DNA from: Escherichia coli
GTDB taxonomy: Bacteria > Pseudomonadota > Gammaproteobacteria > Enterobacterales > Enterobacteriaceae
Assembly: GCF_001677475.2 (NCBI RefSeq)
Contig: NZ_CP015229.1
Direction: 5' to 3' (one strand)
DNA length: 64,000 nucleotides
Under the pieces are notes generated by a model, which saw only the letters and a program-made list of their open reading frames with translations, was not told the origin of the DNA and ran no database searches. The translations under genes were made by a program, and so were the position numbers. This document shows, one piece after another, positions 29,035 through 45,688 of this stretch (positions are counted from its first letter, which is position 1; each line of letters begins with the position of its first letter).

Positions 29035-29371
29035 TTAACCAATTCTGTGTTGCACACAGTTATCTGTGAGAAACCCATGGAAGAGAAATGGAAATAAAAA
29101 GAACTGACACCGCGATCAAAAAACCAAAAACTGCAATACCCACAGCGTGATATAGATCGCATTAATCTTTCAAACAGCGTTGACAGAAGCCATAAAATAA
29201 GCAATCGAACGTTCGTTCGAGCGTCTTGAGAACGATAAACTCTCATGACATATGGCTACGGTGAATATTTTTGGGGGAATTCTCCGATCCCGGGGAGATT
29301 GTATTTTGTACAGGGAAATTAAAGTATGAAACGCGGGCTCAGTTGTCACCAGCCCGCGGAAAGAGAGAGGA

Positions 29372-29962
29372 TCAGGATGCGGTTAAGATACCGCCAATCA
29401 TCGCGCGTAATCCCTGAGCAAACGACGCTTCACGCGCCAGATCTTCCGCTTCGATATCGGCCAGTACACCGTAGGTCAGATCCAGCAGTAAACGTGAAGT
29501 CATTGCCGTGTTGATGTCTGGGCTTATCTCGCCTTTTTGCTGGGCATCACGCATCCGCTGGGCAACAAATTCCGTGATCGTCATATGCTTATTTTTAAGC
29601 ATGGCGGCGACCTGTGGGTTACGCATCCCTTCCGCCATAATTTCGACCACCAACGCCCGTTGTCCAAAGGCTTCATGGGTGAGAGAGACAATAGACTCGA
29701 CCATATAGTCAACGAAATGAATCCCTTCAATCGGTTCCCGGAAACGGGCCAGCGCCCTCTCCTGGTCCTGTAAGATAATCGCCTGAATCAGGGCTTCTTT
29801 GGAGATGAAATGGTGATAGAGCGTCCCGGGACTAATGGCGCAAGATTTACAGATGGCTTTCATCGAGGCACTGTGAAATCCATTTTCTGAAAAAATCTCT
29901 CTGGCAGCATTGAGGATCCGGGTCCGTGTCGGTTGTGCTTCAGTCTGCATGTTATCCATCAT
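29372..29962 (-). CDS. uidR: TetR-family repressor of the uid operon
   Basis: ORF track 196 aa, N-terminal TetR HTH. Confidence 0.9.
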   Translation of the reverse strand: MMDNMQTEAQPTRTRILNAAREIFSENGFHSASMKAICKSCAISPGTLYHHFISKEALIQAIILQDQERALARFREPIEGIHFVDYMVESIVSLTHEAFGQRALVVEIMAEGMRNPQVAAMLKNKHMTITEFVAQRMRDAQQKGEISPDINTAMTSRLLLDLTYGVLADIEAEDLAREASFAQGLRAMIGGILTAS

Positions 29963-30075
29963 AAAACCATTATAGTTAGCGTGAATAACTAGTTTACCGC
30001 GTTGTCAGGTGAGCGCCTATCATTGCTGTTGAATAGTGCGAAGGCACACTCTATTCGTATACTTTTCACCCAGCA

Positions 30076-30089
30076 ATTGGTTAACCAAT
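30076..30089. promoter_or_regulatory. Perfect 14-bp palindrome ATTGGTTAACCAAT upstream of uidR (candidate UidR operator)
   Basis: Read from sequence; related half-site GTTAACCAAT also upstream of uidA at ~29035..29044. Confidence 0.45.
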
Positions 30090-30190
30090 AGCCGTGATTT
30101 GGCTGCCAGTTGTTTCGCAGAGACGTTGATGAATTGCACACGCTATCCCGGTAAACAACACATACGGCTGTTTACCGGTTCGTTAGTGTA

Positions 30191-30958
30191 TTAATTCAGC
30201 TCCTGTACCCCACCACCGGAGACGGTGAGAATTTGTCCGCTTACCCAGCTGGCTGCAGGCGAGCAAAGGAACAGCGCCGCGTTAGCAATATCTTGCGGTT
30301 GGCCCAGACGTCTGATCGGCGTGTGCTGTAACATTTTTTGTTCAATTTCTGGTGTAATAACGGATTTCAAGGCATCGGTTAATATTGCCCCCGGCGCAAT
30401 GCCATTCACCCGAATATTTTTTTCACCCAGGTCAAACGCCATATTTCTGACCAGATGACTGGCCGCAGCTTTAGATGATGCATAAGAAGTCATGTTTATA
30501 TTTTTATTTTCTGCCGCCATAGAAGTGATGGTCAGAATAACGCCACCGCCATTTTTTTCCATTTCTGGCGCAACAAGTTGTGACAGATGGAAAAAAGAAA
30601 ACACATTCAGTTCATAAGCACGGCGAAAATCTGCCATTGGCATATCAAACGGTTTAGGACCACCGCCACCGGCGTTGTTAACCAGGATATCAACTTTACC
30701 CAGCTTACTGACGGCAAAGTCTGCCAGTGCAGAGAGTTCCTGTTCGGAAGTAATATCACAACGGCAGGCAAATGCCTGACCACCCAGTTGTTGAATTTCA
30801 TCTACAACATGGTTAGCTGCGTCGGCGTTAATATCACTGACCACCACAGATGCGCCAGCTGTCGCGAATGTAATGGCAATTTCTTTACCAATACCTGCAC
30901 CGGCACCTGTGATGATGGCACATTTTCCGTCGAGTCTCAGGTTGTCAGAATTAAACAC
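30191..30958 (-). CDS. hdhA: 7-alpha-hydroxysteroid dehydrogenase (SDR family)
   Basis: ORF track 255 aa, GxxxGxG Rossmann motif. Confidence 0.9.
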   Translation of the reverse strand: MFNSDNLRLDGKCAIITGAGAGIGKEIAITFATAGASVVVSDINADAANHVVDEIQQLGGQAFACRCDITSEQELSALADFAVSKLGKVDILVNNAGGGGPKPFDMPMADFRRAYELNVFSFFHLSQLVAPEMEKNGGGVILTITSMAAENKNINMTSYASSKAAASHLVRNMAFDLGEKNIRVNGIAPGAILTDALKSVITPEIEQKMLQHTPIRRLGQPQDIANAALFLCSPAASWVSGQILTVSGGGVQELN

Positions 30959-30991
30959 ATAAACCTCCTGTGAACTTCAGTAAAAATAAAA

Positions 30992-31008
30992 GGCACCGCC
31001 TGTGTGCC
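30992..31008 (-). terminator. Hairpin GGCAC-N7-GTGCC flanked by T-runs on both strands, downstream of malI
   Basis: Read from sequence. Confidence 0.45.
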
Positions 31009-31069
31009 ACATTTTTTATCATTAACCTTGAGGAAAGGACACTACCAGGTATAGCAGATAAAGAGAGGA

Positions 31070-32233
<1,164 letters not shown>

Positions 32234-32234
32234 A

Positions 32235-33865
<1,631 letters not shown>

Positions 33866-33874
33866 GGATAAGAT

Positions 33875-35047
33875 ATGTTCGATTTTTCAAAGGTCGTGGA
33901 TCGTCATGGCACATGGTGTACGCAGTGGGATTATGTCGCTGACCGTTTCGGCACTGCTGACCTGTTACCGTTCACGATTTCAGACATGGATTTTGCCACT
34001 GCCCCCTGCATTATCGAGGCGCTGAATCAGCGCCTGATACACGGCGTGTTTGGCTACAGCCGCTGGAAAAACGATGAGTTTCTCGCGGCTATTGCCCACT
34101 GGTTTTCCACCCAGCATTACACCGCCATTGATACGCAGTCGGTGGTGTATGGCCCTTCTGTTATCTACATGGTCTCGGAACTGATTCGTCAGTGGTCTGA
34201 AAAAGGTGAAGGCGTGGTGATCCACACACCCGCCTATGACGCATTTTACAAGGCCATTGAAGGTAACCAGCGCACAGTAATGCCCGTCGCTTTAGAGAAG
34301 CGGGCTGACGGCTGGTTTTGCGATATGGGCAAGCTGGAAGCCGTGTTGGCGAAACCAGAATGTAAAATTATGCTCCTGTGTAGCCCACAGAATCCTACCG
34401 GGAAAGTGTGGACGTGCGATGAACTGGAGATCATGGCTGACCTGTGCGAGCGTCATGGTGTGCGGGTTATTTCCGATGAAATCCATATGGATATGGTTTG
34501 GGGCGAGCAGCCGCATATTCCCTGGAGTAATGTGGCGCGCGGAGACTGGGCATTGCTAACGTCGGGATCGAAAAGTTTCAATATTCCCGCCCTGACCGGT
34601 GCTTACGGGATTATAGAAAATAGCAGCAGCCGTGATGCCTATTTATCGGCACTGAAAGGACGTGATGGCCTTTCTTCCCCTTCAGTACTGGCGTTAACTG
34701 CCCATATCGCCGCCTATCAGCAAGGCGCGCCGTGGCTGGATGCCTTACGCGTCTATCTGAAAGATAACCTGACGTATATCGCAGATAAAATGAACGCCGC
34801 GTTCCCTGAACTCAACTGGCAGATCCCGCAATCCACTTATCTAGCCTGGATTGATCTACGTCCGTTGAATATTGACGACAACGCGTTGCAAAATGCGCTT
34901 ATCGAGCAAGAAAAGGTCGCGATCATGCCGGGATATACCTACGGTGAAGAAGGTCGTGGTTTTGTCCGACTCAATGCCGGCTGCCCACGTTCGAAACTGG
35001 AAAAAGGTGTGGCTGGATTAATTAACGCCATCCGCGCTGTTCGTTAA
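33875..35047 (+). CDS. malY: PLP-dependent cystathionine beta-lyase / Mal regulon modulator
   Basis: ORF track 390 aa. Confidence 0.9.
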   Translation: MFDFSKVVDRHGTWCTQWDYVADRFGTADLLPFTISDMDFATAPCIIEALNQRLIHGVFGYSRWKNDEFLAAIAHWFSTQHYTAIDTQSVVYGPSVIYMVSELIRQWSEKGEGVVIHTPAYDAFYKAIEGNQRTVMPVALEKRADGWFCDMGKLEAVLAKPECKIMLLCSPQNPTGKVWTCDELEIMADLCERHGVRVISDEIHMDMVWGEQPHIPWSNVARGDWALLTSGSKSFNIPALTGAYGIIENSSSRDAYLSALKGRDGLSSPSVLALTAHIAAYQQGAPWLDALRVYLKDNLTYIADKMNAAFPELNWQIPQSTYLAWIDLRPLNIDDNALQNALIEQEKVAIMPGYTYGEEGRGFVRLNAGCPRSKLEKGVAGLINAIRAVR

Positions 35048-35150
35048 CCCCAATTGCGCAACGTAAAAAATCGTTGCGCAATCGTGGATTTTTACCCTGC
35101 TTTGTTTTTATAATGGTGCGCACTTTTATATCCAGAAAAAGAGTGCGACC

Positions 35151-36152
35151 ATGATTGATACCACCCTGCCATTAACTGATATCCATCGCCACCTTGATGG
35201 CAACATTCGTCCCCAGACCATTCTTGAACTTGGCCGCCAGTATAATATCTCGCTTCCTGCACAATCCCTGGAAACACTGATTCCCCACGTTCAGGTCATT
35301 GCCAACGAACCCGATCTTGTGAGCTTTCTGACCAAACTTGACTGGGGCGTTAAAGTTCTCGCCTCTCTTGATGCCTGTCGCCGCGTGGCATTTGAAAACA
35401 TTGAAGATGCAGCCCGTCACGGCCTGCACTATGTCGAGCTGCGTTTTTCACCAGGCTACATGGCAATGGCACATCAGCTGCCTGTAGCGGGTGTTGTCGA
35501 AGCGGTGATCGATGGCGTACGTGAGGGTTGCCGCACCTTTGGTGTGCAGGCGAAGCTTATCGGCATTATGAGCCGGACCTTCGGTGAAGCCGCCTGTCAG
35601 CAAGAGCTGGAGGCCTTTTTAGCCCACCGTGACCAGATTACCGCACTTGATTTAGCCGGTGATGAACTTGGTTTCCCGGGAAGTCTGTTCCTTTCTCACT
35701 TCAACCGCGCGCGTGATGCGGGCTGGCATATTACCGTCCATGCAGGCGAAGCTGCCGGGCCGGAAAGCATCTGGCAGGCGATTCGTGAACTGGGGGCGGA
35801 ACGTATTGGACATGGCGTAAAAGCCATTGAAGATCGGGCGCTGATGGATTTTCTCGCCGAGCAGCAAATTGGTATTGAATCCTGTCTGACCTCCAATATT
35901 CAGACCAGCACCGTGGCAGAGCTGGCGGCACATCCGCTGAAAACGTTCCTTGAGCATGGCATTCGTGCCAGCATTAACACTGACGATCCCGGCGTACAGG
36001 GAGTGGATATCATTCACGAATATACCGTTGCCGCGCCGGCTGCTGGGTTATCCCGCGAGCAAATCCGCCAGGCGCAGATTAATGGTCTGGAAATGGCTTT
36101 CCTCAGCGCAGAGGAAAAACGCGCACTGCGAGAAAAAGTCGCTGCGAAGTAA
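35151..36152 (+). CDS. add: Adenosine deaminase
   Basis: ORF track 333 aa. Confidence 0.95.
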
Positions 36153-36159
36153 CAAAAAT

Positions 36160-36188
36160 GGATGGTGCTAATTGCACCATCCTCTTTT
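36160..36188. terminator. Hairpin GGATGGTGC-TAATT-GCACCATCC + TCTTTT between convergent add and ydgJ
   Basis: Read from sequence. Confidence 0.6.
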
Positions 36189-37228
36189 CACGCAAGGCAC
36201 AGCGTCGCGCGATGTTTGGCGGATTCGATGCCCAGCTCAATCAACTCCATTACCTGGATTGCCTGACTTGCCGGAACCGGATTTTCACCATCGCCATTTA
36301 ACGCATCACGAATAGCCGCATAGTAAGCCGGATAATTCCCTGGTACTGTCAACAGCGTTTCTTCGACACGTTCCTCACCTTCCACGCGGGTAAGTACGCC
36401 ATCACGCATATCGTAGCCCCAGTCTTCCTGCGGCAGACGCTCGCCATTTTTCAGACGTTCTTCCTGTGGATCGAGGCCATATTTCACATAACTGCCTCGG
36501 GATCCATGCACGATATACCGTGCTGACTCAGCGGCTGCCAGCATGGTACCGTGTAAAATGACTCGCCGCTGCGGATAGGACAAGATGGCGTGGAAATAAT
36601 CGGTCGACTGCGCTCCGGGCCGTAACTGTGCCAAGTCCACCGTCATGCTGACCGGTAAACCAAATAGCGTAATGACCTGATCAAGAAGATGCGGTGCTAA
36701 ATCGTACCAGATACCGCTGCCTGGGCCGCCCTGTTCACGCCAACGATCGCGCACCTGCGGACGGAAGCGGTCAAAATGAGACTCAAAGTAAGTAACTTCA
36801 CCCAGCACGCCTTCCGCGAGCAAACCTTTTAGCGTCAAGAAATCGCTATCCCAGCGACGGTTATGGAATACAGACAGCACACGCCCCAGGCTTTTTGCCA
36901 GCGCATCCAGCTCTCGCGCTTGTGACAGTGTCACGGTAAAGGGTTTATCAACGACCACATGTTTACCCGCCTCAAGCGCCGCTTTGGCTAACGGGAAATG
37001 GGTATCGTTGGGTGTAGGGATGACAATCAGGTCTATGTTGGGATCGTTAAACAGATGCTTCGGCTCAGAGACAACCGTAACCGTTGGCCAGTCGGCTTTT
37101 ACTTTTGTTTCATCGCTGCTGGAGATTACCGCCAGTTCCAGCCCGGGCGTGCCCGCAATCAGGGGCGCATGGAAGGTTTTGCTCGCATAACCATACCCAA
37201 TCAACCCAACACGGATGTTGTCGCTCAT
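36188..37228 (-). CDS. ydgJ: Gfo/Idh/MocA-family NAD(P)-dependent oxidoreductase
   Basis: ORF track 36188..37267; likely start MSDNIRVGLIGYG (346 aa). Confidence 0.85.
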   Translation of the reverse strand: MSDNIRVGLIGYGYASKTFHAPLIAGTPGLELAVISSSDETKVKADWPTVTVVSEPKHLFNDPNIDLIVIPTPNDTHFPLAKAALEAGKHVVVDKPFTVTLSQARELDALAKSLGRVLSVFHNRRWDSDFLTLKGLLAEGVLGEVTYFESHFDRFRPQVRDRWREQGGPGSGIWYDLAPHLLDQVITLFGLPVSMTVDLAQLRPGAQSTDYFHAILSYPQRRVILHGTMLAAAESARYIVHGSRGSYVKYGLDPQEERLKNGERLPQEDWGYDMRDGVLTRVEGEERVEETLLTVPGNYPAYYAAIRDALNGDGENPVPASQAIQVMELIELGIESAKHRATLCLA

Positions 37229-37470
37229 GTCATTGCCTCTCATTGAAGTATGATGGCTATTTGACACTATCCTTTACCCTCGCTCAACAGTTTAATAACC
37301 TGCCAGCAATAAGGGATGTTGTTTAACTTAAGTCAAAAAAATAGCGAATTTTCCAACGACAAAAGCTAAATATCGCAAAAACCTCAGTAAAAATCTTGCT
37401 GGAGCTATTATTGCTAAGTAACATTTACCCCCTGAAGTTAATGGATCAATCAACAGAGATGTGGGCTGTA

Positions 37471-37596
37471 ATGAATCGTCTTATTGAATTAACAGGTTGG
37501 ATCGTTCTTGTCGTTTCAGTCATTCTTCTTGGCGTGGCGAGTCACATTGACAACTATCAGCCACCTGAACAGAGTACTTCGATACAACACAAGTAA
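37471..37596 (+). CDS. blr: 41-aa small membrane protein Blr
   Basis: Internal Met of ORF 37396..37596; MNRLIELTGWIVLVVSVILLGVASHIDNYQPPEQS... Confidence 0.7.
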   Translation: MNRLIELTGWIVLVVSVILLGVASHIDNYQPPEQSTSIQHK

Positions 37597-37868
37597 GCTC
37601 TGCGCTTGTAGAGCGACATGCTGCCCGTCAGGGTGCATGTTTTCACTTGTCGGATATTAAACCAGGAATTTATTATCTTGTTCGATGTTGTTGGTGATTG
37701 TCAGGGATAGTAAAGCGCGTTACTCTTTTCAGAGCAGTTTTTCATCCCTGAATATTTGCCATCAGCGCATTCTTATTATTGTAATAACGCAAGCGTTCAC
37801 TTTTGGTGAAATTTTATCATCACTAATAATACCTACCCCTTTGGTATTAATTATTTTATGGACCTTTT

Positions 37869-38084
37869 ATGACTGTTCAGGACTACTTATTAAAATTTCG
37901 CAAAATCAGTTCACTCGAAAGTCTGGAAAAACTCTACGACCATCTTAATTACACCCTGACGGACGATCAGGAACTGATCAATATGTACCGTGCTGCCGAT
38001 CACCGTCGCGCAGAGCTGGTTTCTGGCGGGCGTTTGTTTGACCTCGGCCAGGTACCGAAGTCCGTCTGGCACTATGTTCAATAA
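37869..38084 (+). CDS. cnu: Hha-family oriC-binding nucleoid modulator Cnu (YdgT)
   Basis: ORF track 71 aa. Confidence 0.9.
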
Positions 38085-38169
38085 AGAAAGTAGCGATCGG
38101 TTATAAAAGCCTTATAATAACGCCCCTAAAATTAGATTTGCCTGTTTGCGTCGCTATTCTGGAGAACCT

Positions 38170-38610
38170 ATGACCACCACAACGCCACAACGTATTGGAG
38201 GCTGGTTGCTTGGCCCATTGGCCTGGCTTTTAGTCGCTCTGTTAAGTACGACGCTGGCGTTGTTGCTGTATACCGCTGCGTTATCTTCTCCGCAAACATT
38301 TCAAACGCTCGGCGAACAAGCACTGACGACACAAATCTTATGGGGCGTTTCTTTTATTACCGCTATCGCCATGTGGTATTACACACTGTGGTTGACCATC
38401 GCTTTCTTTAAACGTCGGCGTTGTGTTCCTAAACACTATATTATCTGGCTGCTTATTTCCGTATTGCTGGCAGTAAAAGCGTTCGCTTTTTCACCCGTGG
38501 AAGATGGCATAGCCGTTCGCCAGTTGCTGTTTACTTTGTTGGCAACCGCATTGATCGTCCCCTATTTCAAACGCTCGTCGCGGGTGAAAGCGACGTTTGT
38601 GAATCCGTAA
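38170..38610 (+). CDS. ydgK: DUF2569-family inner membrane protein
   Basis: ORF track 38146..38610; likely start MTTTTPQR. Confidence 0.8.
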   Translation: MTTTTPQRIGGWLLGPLAWLLVALLSTTLALLLYTAALSSPQTFQTLGEQALTTQILWGVSFITAIAMWYYTLWLTIAFFKRRRCVPKHYIIWLLISVLLAVKAFAFSPVEDGIAVRQLLFTLLATALIVPYFKRSSRVKATFVNP

Positions 38611-38686
38611 TAACCTTACAGTTAACCTGTTGTCGCCTGCTCTGGATTAACGGATAATAGGCGGCTTTTTTATTTCAGGCCGAAAA

Positions 38687-39267
38687 ATGACTGACTACCT
38701 GTTACTGTTTGTCGGAACTGTACTGGTCAATAACTTTGTACTGGTCAAGTTTCTCGGTCTCTGTCCGTTTATGGGGGTTTCCAAAAAGCTGGAAACCGCG
38801 ATGGGCATGGGGCTGGCAACAACGTTTGTGATGACGCTGGCGTCTATTTGCGCCTGGCTTATCGATACGTGGATTTTGATCCCACTTAATCTGATTTACC
38901 TGCGTACCCTGGCGTTTATTCTGGTGATTGCTGTGGTTGTGCAGTTCACCGAGATGGTGGTGCGCAAAACCAGCCCGGTGCTTTACCGTCTGCTGGGGAT
39001 TTTTTTGCCGCTTATCACCACCAACTGTGCAGTGCTCGGCGTGGCGTTGCTGAATATCAATCTCGGGCACAATTTCTTGCAGTCGGCGCTGTACGGTTTT
39101 TCCGCCGCTGTCGGTTTCTCGCTGGTGATGGTGCTCTTCGCCGCCATCCGCGAACGCCTTGCTGTGGCTGATGTCCCGGCACCTTTTCGCGGTAATGCCA
39201 TTGCGTTAATTACCGCAGGTCTTATGTCTCTGGCCTTTATGGGCTTTAGTGGTTTGGTGAAGTTGTA

Positions 39268-39268
<1 letters not shown>
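38687..39268 (+). CDS. rsxA: Rnf/Rsx electron transport complex subunit A
   Basis: ORF track 193 aa. Confidence 0.95.
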
Positions 39269-42061
<2,793 letters not shown>

Positions 42062-43120
42062 ATGGTATTCAGAATAGCTAGCTCCCCTTATACCCATAAC
42101 CAGCGCCAGACATCGCGCATTATGCTGTTGGTGTTGCTCGCAGCCGTGCCAGGAATCGCAGCGCAACTGTGGTTTTTTGGTTGGGGTACTCTCGTTCAGA
42201 TCCTGTTGGCGTCGGTCAGTGCTCTGTTAGCCGAAGCTCTCGTACTCAAACTACGCAAGCAGTCGGTAGCCGCAACGTTGAAAGATAACTCAGCATTGCT
42301 GACAGGCTTATTGCTGGCGGTAAGTATTCCCCCCCTCGCGCCATGGTGGATGGTCGTACTGGGTACGGTGTTTGCGGTGATCATCGCTAAACAGTTGTAT
42401 GGCGGTCTGGGGCAAAACCCGTTTAATCCGGCAATGATTGGTTATGTGGTCTTACTGATCTCCTTCCCGGTGCAGATGACCAGCTGGTTACCGCCACATG
42501 AAATTGCGGTCAACATCCCTGGTTTTATCGACGCCATACAGGTTATTTTCAGCGGACATACCACCAGTGGTGGTGATATGAACACGCTACGCTTAGGTAT
42601 TGATGGCATTAGTCAGGCGACACCGCTGGATACATTTAAAACCTCTGTCCGTGCCGGTCATTCGGTTGAACAGATTATGCAATATCCGATCTACAGCGGT
42701 ATGCTGGCGGGCGTTGGTTGGCAATGGGTAAATCTCGCCTGGCTGGCTGGCGGCGTATGGTTGCTGTGGCAGAAAGCGATTCGCTGGCATATTCCCCTCA
42801 GCTTCTTAGTAACGCTGGCGTTATGCGCAACGTTGGGCTGGTTGTTCTCACCAGAAACACTGGCAGCACCGCAAATTCATCTGCTGTCTGGAGCGACCAT
42901 GCTCGGGGCATTCTTTATTTTGACTGACCCGGTTACCGCTTCTACGACCAATCGTGGTCGTCTTATTTTCGGCGCGCTGGCGGGCTTATTAGTCTGGTTG
43001 ATCCGCAGTTTCGGCGGCTATCCTGACGGCGTGGCTTTTGCCGTCCTGCTGGCGAACATCACGGTTCCTCTGATCGATTACTACACGCGTCCGCGCGTCT
43101 ACGGCCATCGCAAAGGGTAA
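42062..43120 (+). CDS. rsxD: Rsx complex subunit D
   Basis: ORF track 352 aa. Confidence 0.95.
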   Translation: MVFRIASSPYTHNQRQTSRIMLLVLLAAVPGIAAQLWFFGWGTLVQILLASVSALLAEALVLKLRKQSVAATLKDNSALLTGLLLAVSIPPLAPWWMVVLGTVFAVIIAKQLYGGLGQNPFNPAMIGYVVLLISFPVQMTSWLPPHEIAVNIPGFIDAIQVIFSGHTTSGGDMNTLRLGIDGISQATPLDTFKTSVRAGHSVEQIMQYPIYSGMLAGVGWQWVNLAWLAGGVWLLWQKAIRWHIPLSFLVTLALCATLGWLFSPETLAAPQIHLLSGATMLGAFFILTDPVTASTTNRGRLIFGALAGLLVWLIRSFGGYPDGVAFAVLLANITVPLIDYYTRPRVYGHRKG

Positions 43121-43123
43121 ACC

Positions 43124-43744
43124 ATGCTGAAAACTATCCGAAAACACGGCATTACGTTGGCGCTATTTGCAGCGGGTTCAACAGGGTTAACTGCGGCCAT
43201 CAACCAGATGACCAAAACGACGATTGCTGAACAGGCCAGTCTGCAACAAAAGGCGTTATTTGATCAGGTGCTGCCAGCCGAACGCTATAACAATGCGCTG
43301 GCACAGAGTTGCTATCTGGTCACTGCGCCAGAGTTAGGTAAAGGTGAGCATCGGGTTTACATCGCCAAACAGGATGACAAACCGGTAGCCGCCGTTCTGG
43401 AAACAACCGCGCCAGATGGCTATTCCGGAGCGATTCAGCTGCTGGTGGGAGCCGATTTTAACGGCACGGTACTTGGCACACGCGTGACAGAGCACCACGA
43501 AACGCCAGGGCTTGGCGATAAAATCGAACTGCGCCTTTCTGACTGGATCACCCATTTTGCGGGTAAAAAAATCAGTGGTGCGGATGATGCGCACTGGGCG
43601 GTGAAGAAAGATGGTGGTGATTTCGACCAGTTCACCGGCGCGACGATTACTCCCCGCGCGGTGGTTAATGCGGTAAAACGCGCCGGATTGTACGCTCAGA
43701 CGTTACCGTCACAACTTTCTCAACTTCCTGCCTGTGGAGAATAA
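43124..43744 (+). CDS. rsxG: Rsx complex subunit G (FMN-binding)
   Basis: ORF track 206 aa. Confidence 0.95.
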   Translation: MLKTIRKHGITLALFAAGSTGLTAAINQMTKTTIAEQASLQQKALFDQVLPAERYNNALAQSCYLVTAPELGKGEHRVYIAKQDDKPVAAVLETTAPDGYSGAIQLLVGADFNGTVLGTRVTEHHETPGLGDKIELRLSDWITHFAGKKISGADDAHWAVKKDGGDFDQFTGATITPRAVVNAVKRAGLYAQTLPSQLSQLPACGE

Positions 43745-43747
43745 AGC

Positions 43748-44443
43748 GTGAGCGAAATTAAAGACGTTATTGTTCAGGGGTTGTGGAAAAACAACTCTGC
43801 GCTGGTCCAGCTGCTCGGCCTCTGTCCGCTATTGGCGGTCACGTCCACTGCCACTAACGCTCTGGGTTTAGGACTTGCGACTACGCTGGTACTGACGCTG
43901 ACCAACTTGACCATTTCGACGCTGCGTCACTGGACGCCAGCCGAGATCCGCATTCCCATTTACGTGATGATCATCGCCTCGGTGGTCAGCGCTGTACAGA
44001 TGCTGATCAACGCCTACGCCTTTGGCCTGTATCAATCATTAGGGATTTTTATTCCGCTGATTGTCACTAACTGTATCGTTGTGGGCCGCGCTGAAGCCTT
44101 CGCCGCCAAAAAAGGTCCGGCGCTTTCGGCACTGGACGGCTTTTCAATTGGTATGGGCGCAACCTGCGCCATGTTCGTGCTGGGTTCACTACGCGAAATA
44201 ATCGGCAATGGCACGTTGTTTGACGGTGCAGATGCGCTGTTAGGTAGCTGGGCAAAAGTATTACGCGTGGAGATTTTCCACACCGACTCCCCTTTCCTGC
44301 TGGCGATGCTGCCACCAGGTGCATTTATTGGCCTGGGACTGATGCTGGCAGGGAAATACCTGATTGATGAAAGAATGAAAAAGCGCCGTACTGAAGCAGC
44401 TGCCGAACGTGCATTGCCAAACGGTGAAACAAGGAATGTCTGA
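43748..44443 (+). CDS. rsxE: Rsx complex subunit E
   Basis: ORF track 231 aa, GTG start. Confidence 0.95.
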   Translation: MSEIKDVIVQGLWKNNSALVQLLGLCPLLAVTSTATNALGLGLATTLVLTLTNLTISTLRHWTPAEIRIPIYVMIIASVVSAVQMLINAYAFGLYQSLGIFIPLIVTNCIVVGRAEAFAAKKGPALSALDGFSIGMGATCAMFVLGSLREIIGNGTLFDGADALLGSWAKVLRVEIFHTDSPFLLAMLPPGAFIGLGLMLAGKYLIDERMKKRRTEAAAERALPNGETRNV

Positions 44444-45078
44444 TGAACAAAGCAAAACGCCTGGAGATCCTCACTCGCCTGCGTGAGAACAATCCTCATC
44501 CCACCACCGAGCTTAATTTCAGTTCGCCTTTTGAATTGCTGATTGCCGTACTGCTTTCCGCTCAGGCGACCGATGTCAGTGTTAATAAGGCGACGGCGAA
44601 ACTCTACCCGGTGGCTAATACACCTGCAGCGATGCTTGAACTGGGCGTCGAAGGGGTGAAAACCTATATCAAAACCATTGGGCTTTATAACAGCAAAGCA
44701 GAAAATATCATCAAAACCTGCCGTATCTTACTGGAACAGCATAATGGCGAGGTTCCGGAAGATCGTGCTGCGCTTGAAGCCCTGCCTGGTGTAGGTCGTA
44801 AAACAGCCAACGTCGTATTAAACACTGCATTCGGCTGGCCGACTATTGCTGTCGACACGCACATTTTCCGCGTTTGTAATCGTACTCAATTTGCGCCGGG
44901 GAAAAACGTCGAACAGGTAGAGGAAAAGCTACTGAAAGTGGTTCCGGCAGAGTTTAAAGTCGACTGCCACCATTGGTTGATCCTGCACGGGCGTTATACC
45001 TGTATTGCCCGCAAGCCTCGTTGTGGCTCTTGTATTATTGAAGATCTTTGTGAATACAAAGAGAAAGTTGACATCTGA
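44443..45078 (+). CDS. nth: Endonuclease III (DNA glycosylase/AP lyase, 4Fe-4S)
   Basis: ORF track 211 aa; C-x6-C-x2-C-x5-C cluster at C-terminus; start overlaps rsxE stop (ATGA). Confidence 0.95.
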   Translation: MNKAKRLEILTRLRENNPHPTTELNFSSPFELLIAVLLSAQATDVSVNKATAKLYPVANTPAAMLELGVEGVKTYIKTIGLYNSKAENIIKTCRILLEQHNGEVPEDRAALEALPGVGRKTANVVLNTAFGWPTIAVDTHIFRVCNRTQFAPGKNVEQVEEKLLKVVPAEFKVDCHHWLILHGRYTCIARKPRCGSCIIEDLCEYKEKVDI

Positions 45079-45249
45079 AGAAAAGGGGTAACACCGATTA
45101 CCCCATTGATAACCTTTCTTTATCCTCTTTTAAAACATCTTTTTAACGTCAATGATGCCATTGCTTAGCGTTATCATCAGGTAATCCGTTTGCGGATAAC
45201 CAAAAATGCAGGTTAATTGTTTTTTTAATAGCGAAATTTTCTATTCATT

Positions 45250-45265
45250 CGTGATCAAGATCACG
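45250..45265. promoter_or_regulatory. Palindrome CGTGATCAAGATCACG (CRP-like GTGA-N6-TCAC core, two GATC Dam sites) in dtpA upstream region
   Basis: Read from sequence; function inferred only. Confidence 0.35.
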
Positions 45266-45688
45266 ATGCTGTGGCAATGTAAAAACATTGCAAGAACTAG
45301 GTTAAAATCATTTAAATTTACACACGCAACAAATATTGACCTACAAAACATTACACTGGCTATTTTTCAGAAACTGGACTATCTCACTAGGAAAAACGCT
45401 AAATAGCAGAATATATCGCCGTTAAGCCATCATCCCCCTCTCAGGGTAGTGAAAAAATCTGCCGTTACGTTTTTTGAAAAATTTAACGCTGGATAACATT
45501 TCCCGGAATGGTTGAATTCCCCGCCTCAGTTATATGTAACAGATTATTACAAAGGACTTGTCTGAAAGTGCAAGATAGTGAACATTACCTGCCGTTTCCC
45601 CTCCCACTATAACAATTGCGCGTATGTTTTTTAGGCATAACGCGAGAAAGCACCCCCGTTAATATGGGATGTAAAAAAAGAGGTAAAA

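Noticed and set aside
37685-37948. 87-codon ORF spanning the blr–cnu spacer and overlapping the cnu start
   Set aside because: Different frame from cnu, AT-rich, no ribosome-binding site; the known small genes blr and cnu account for the region.
45206-45406. 66-codon ORF in the nth–dtpA intergenic region
   Set aside because: AT-rich regulatory DNA, no ribosome-binding site, atypical composition (Phe/Ile/Asn/Lys-rich); most likely non-coding promoter sequence.
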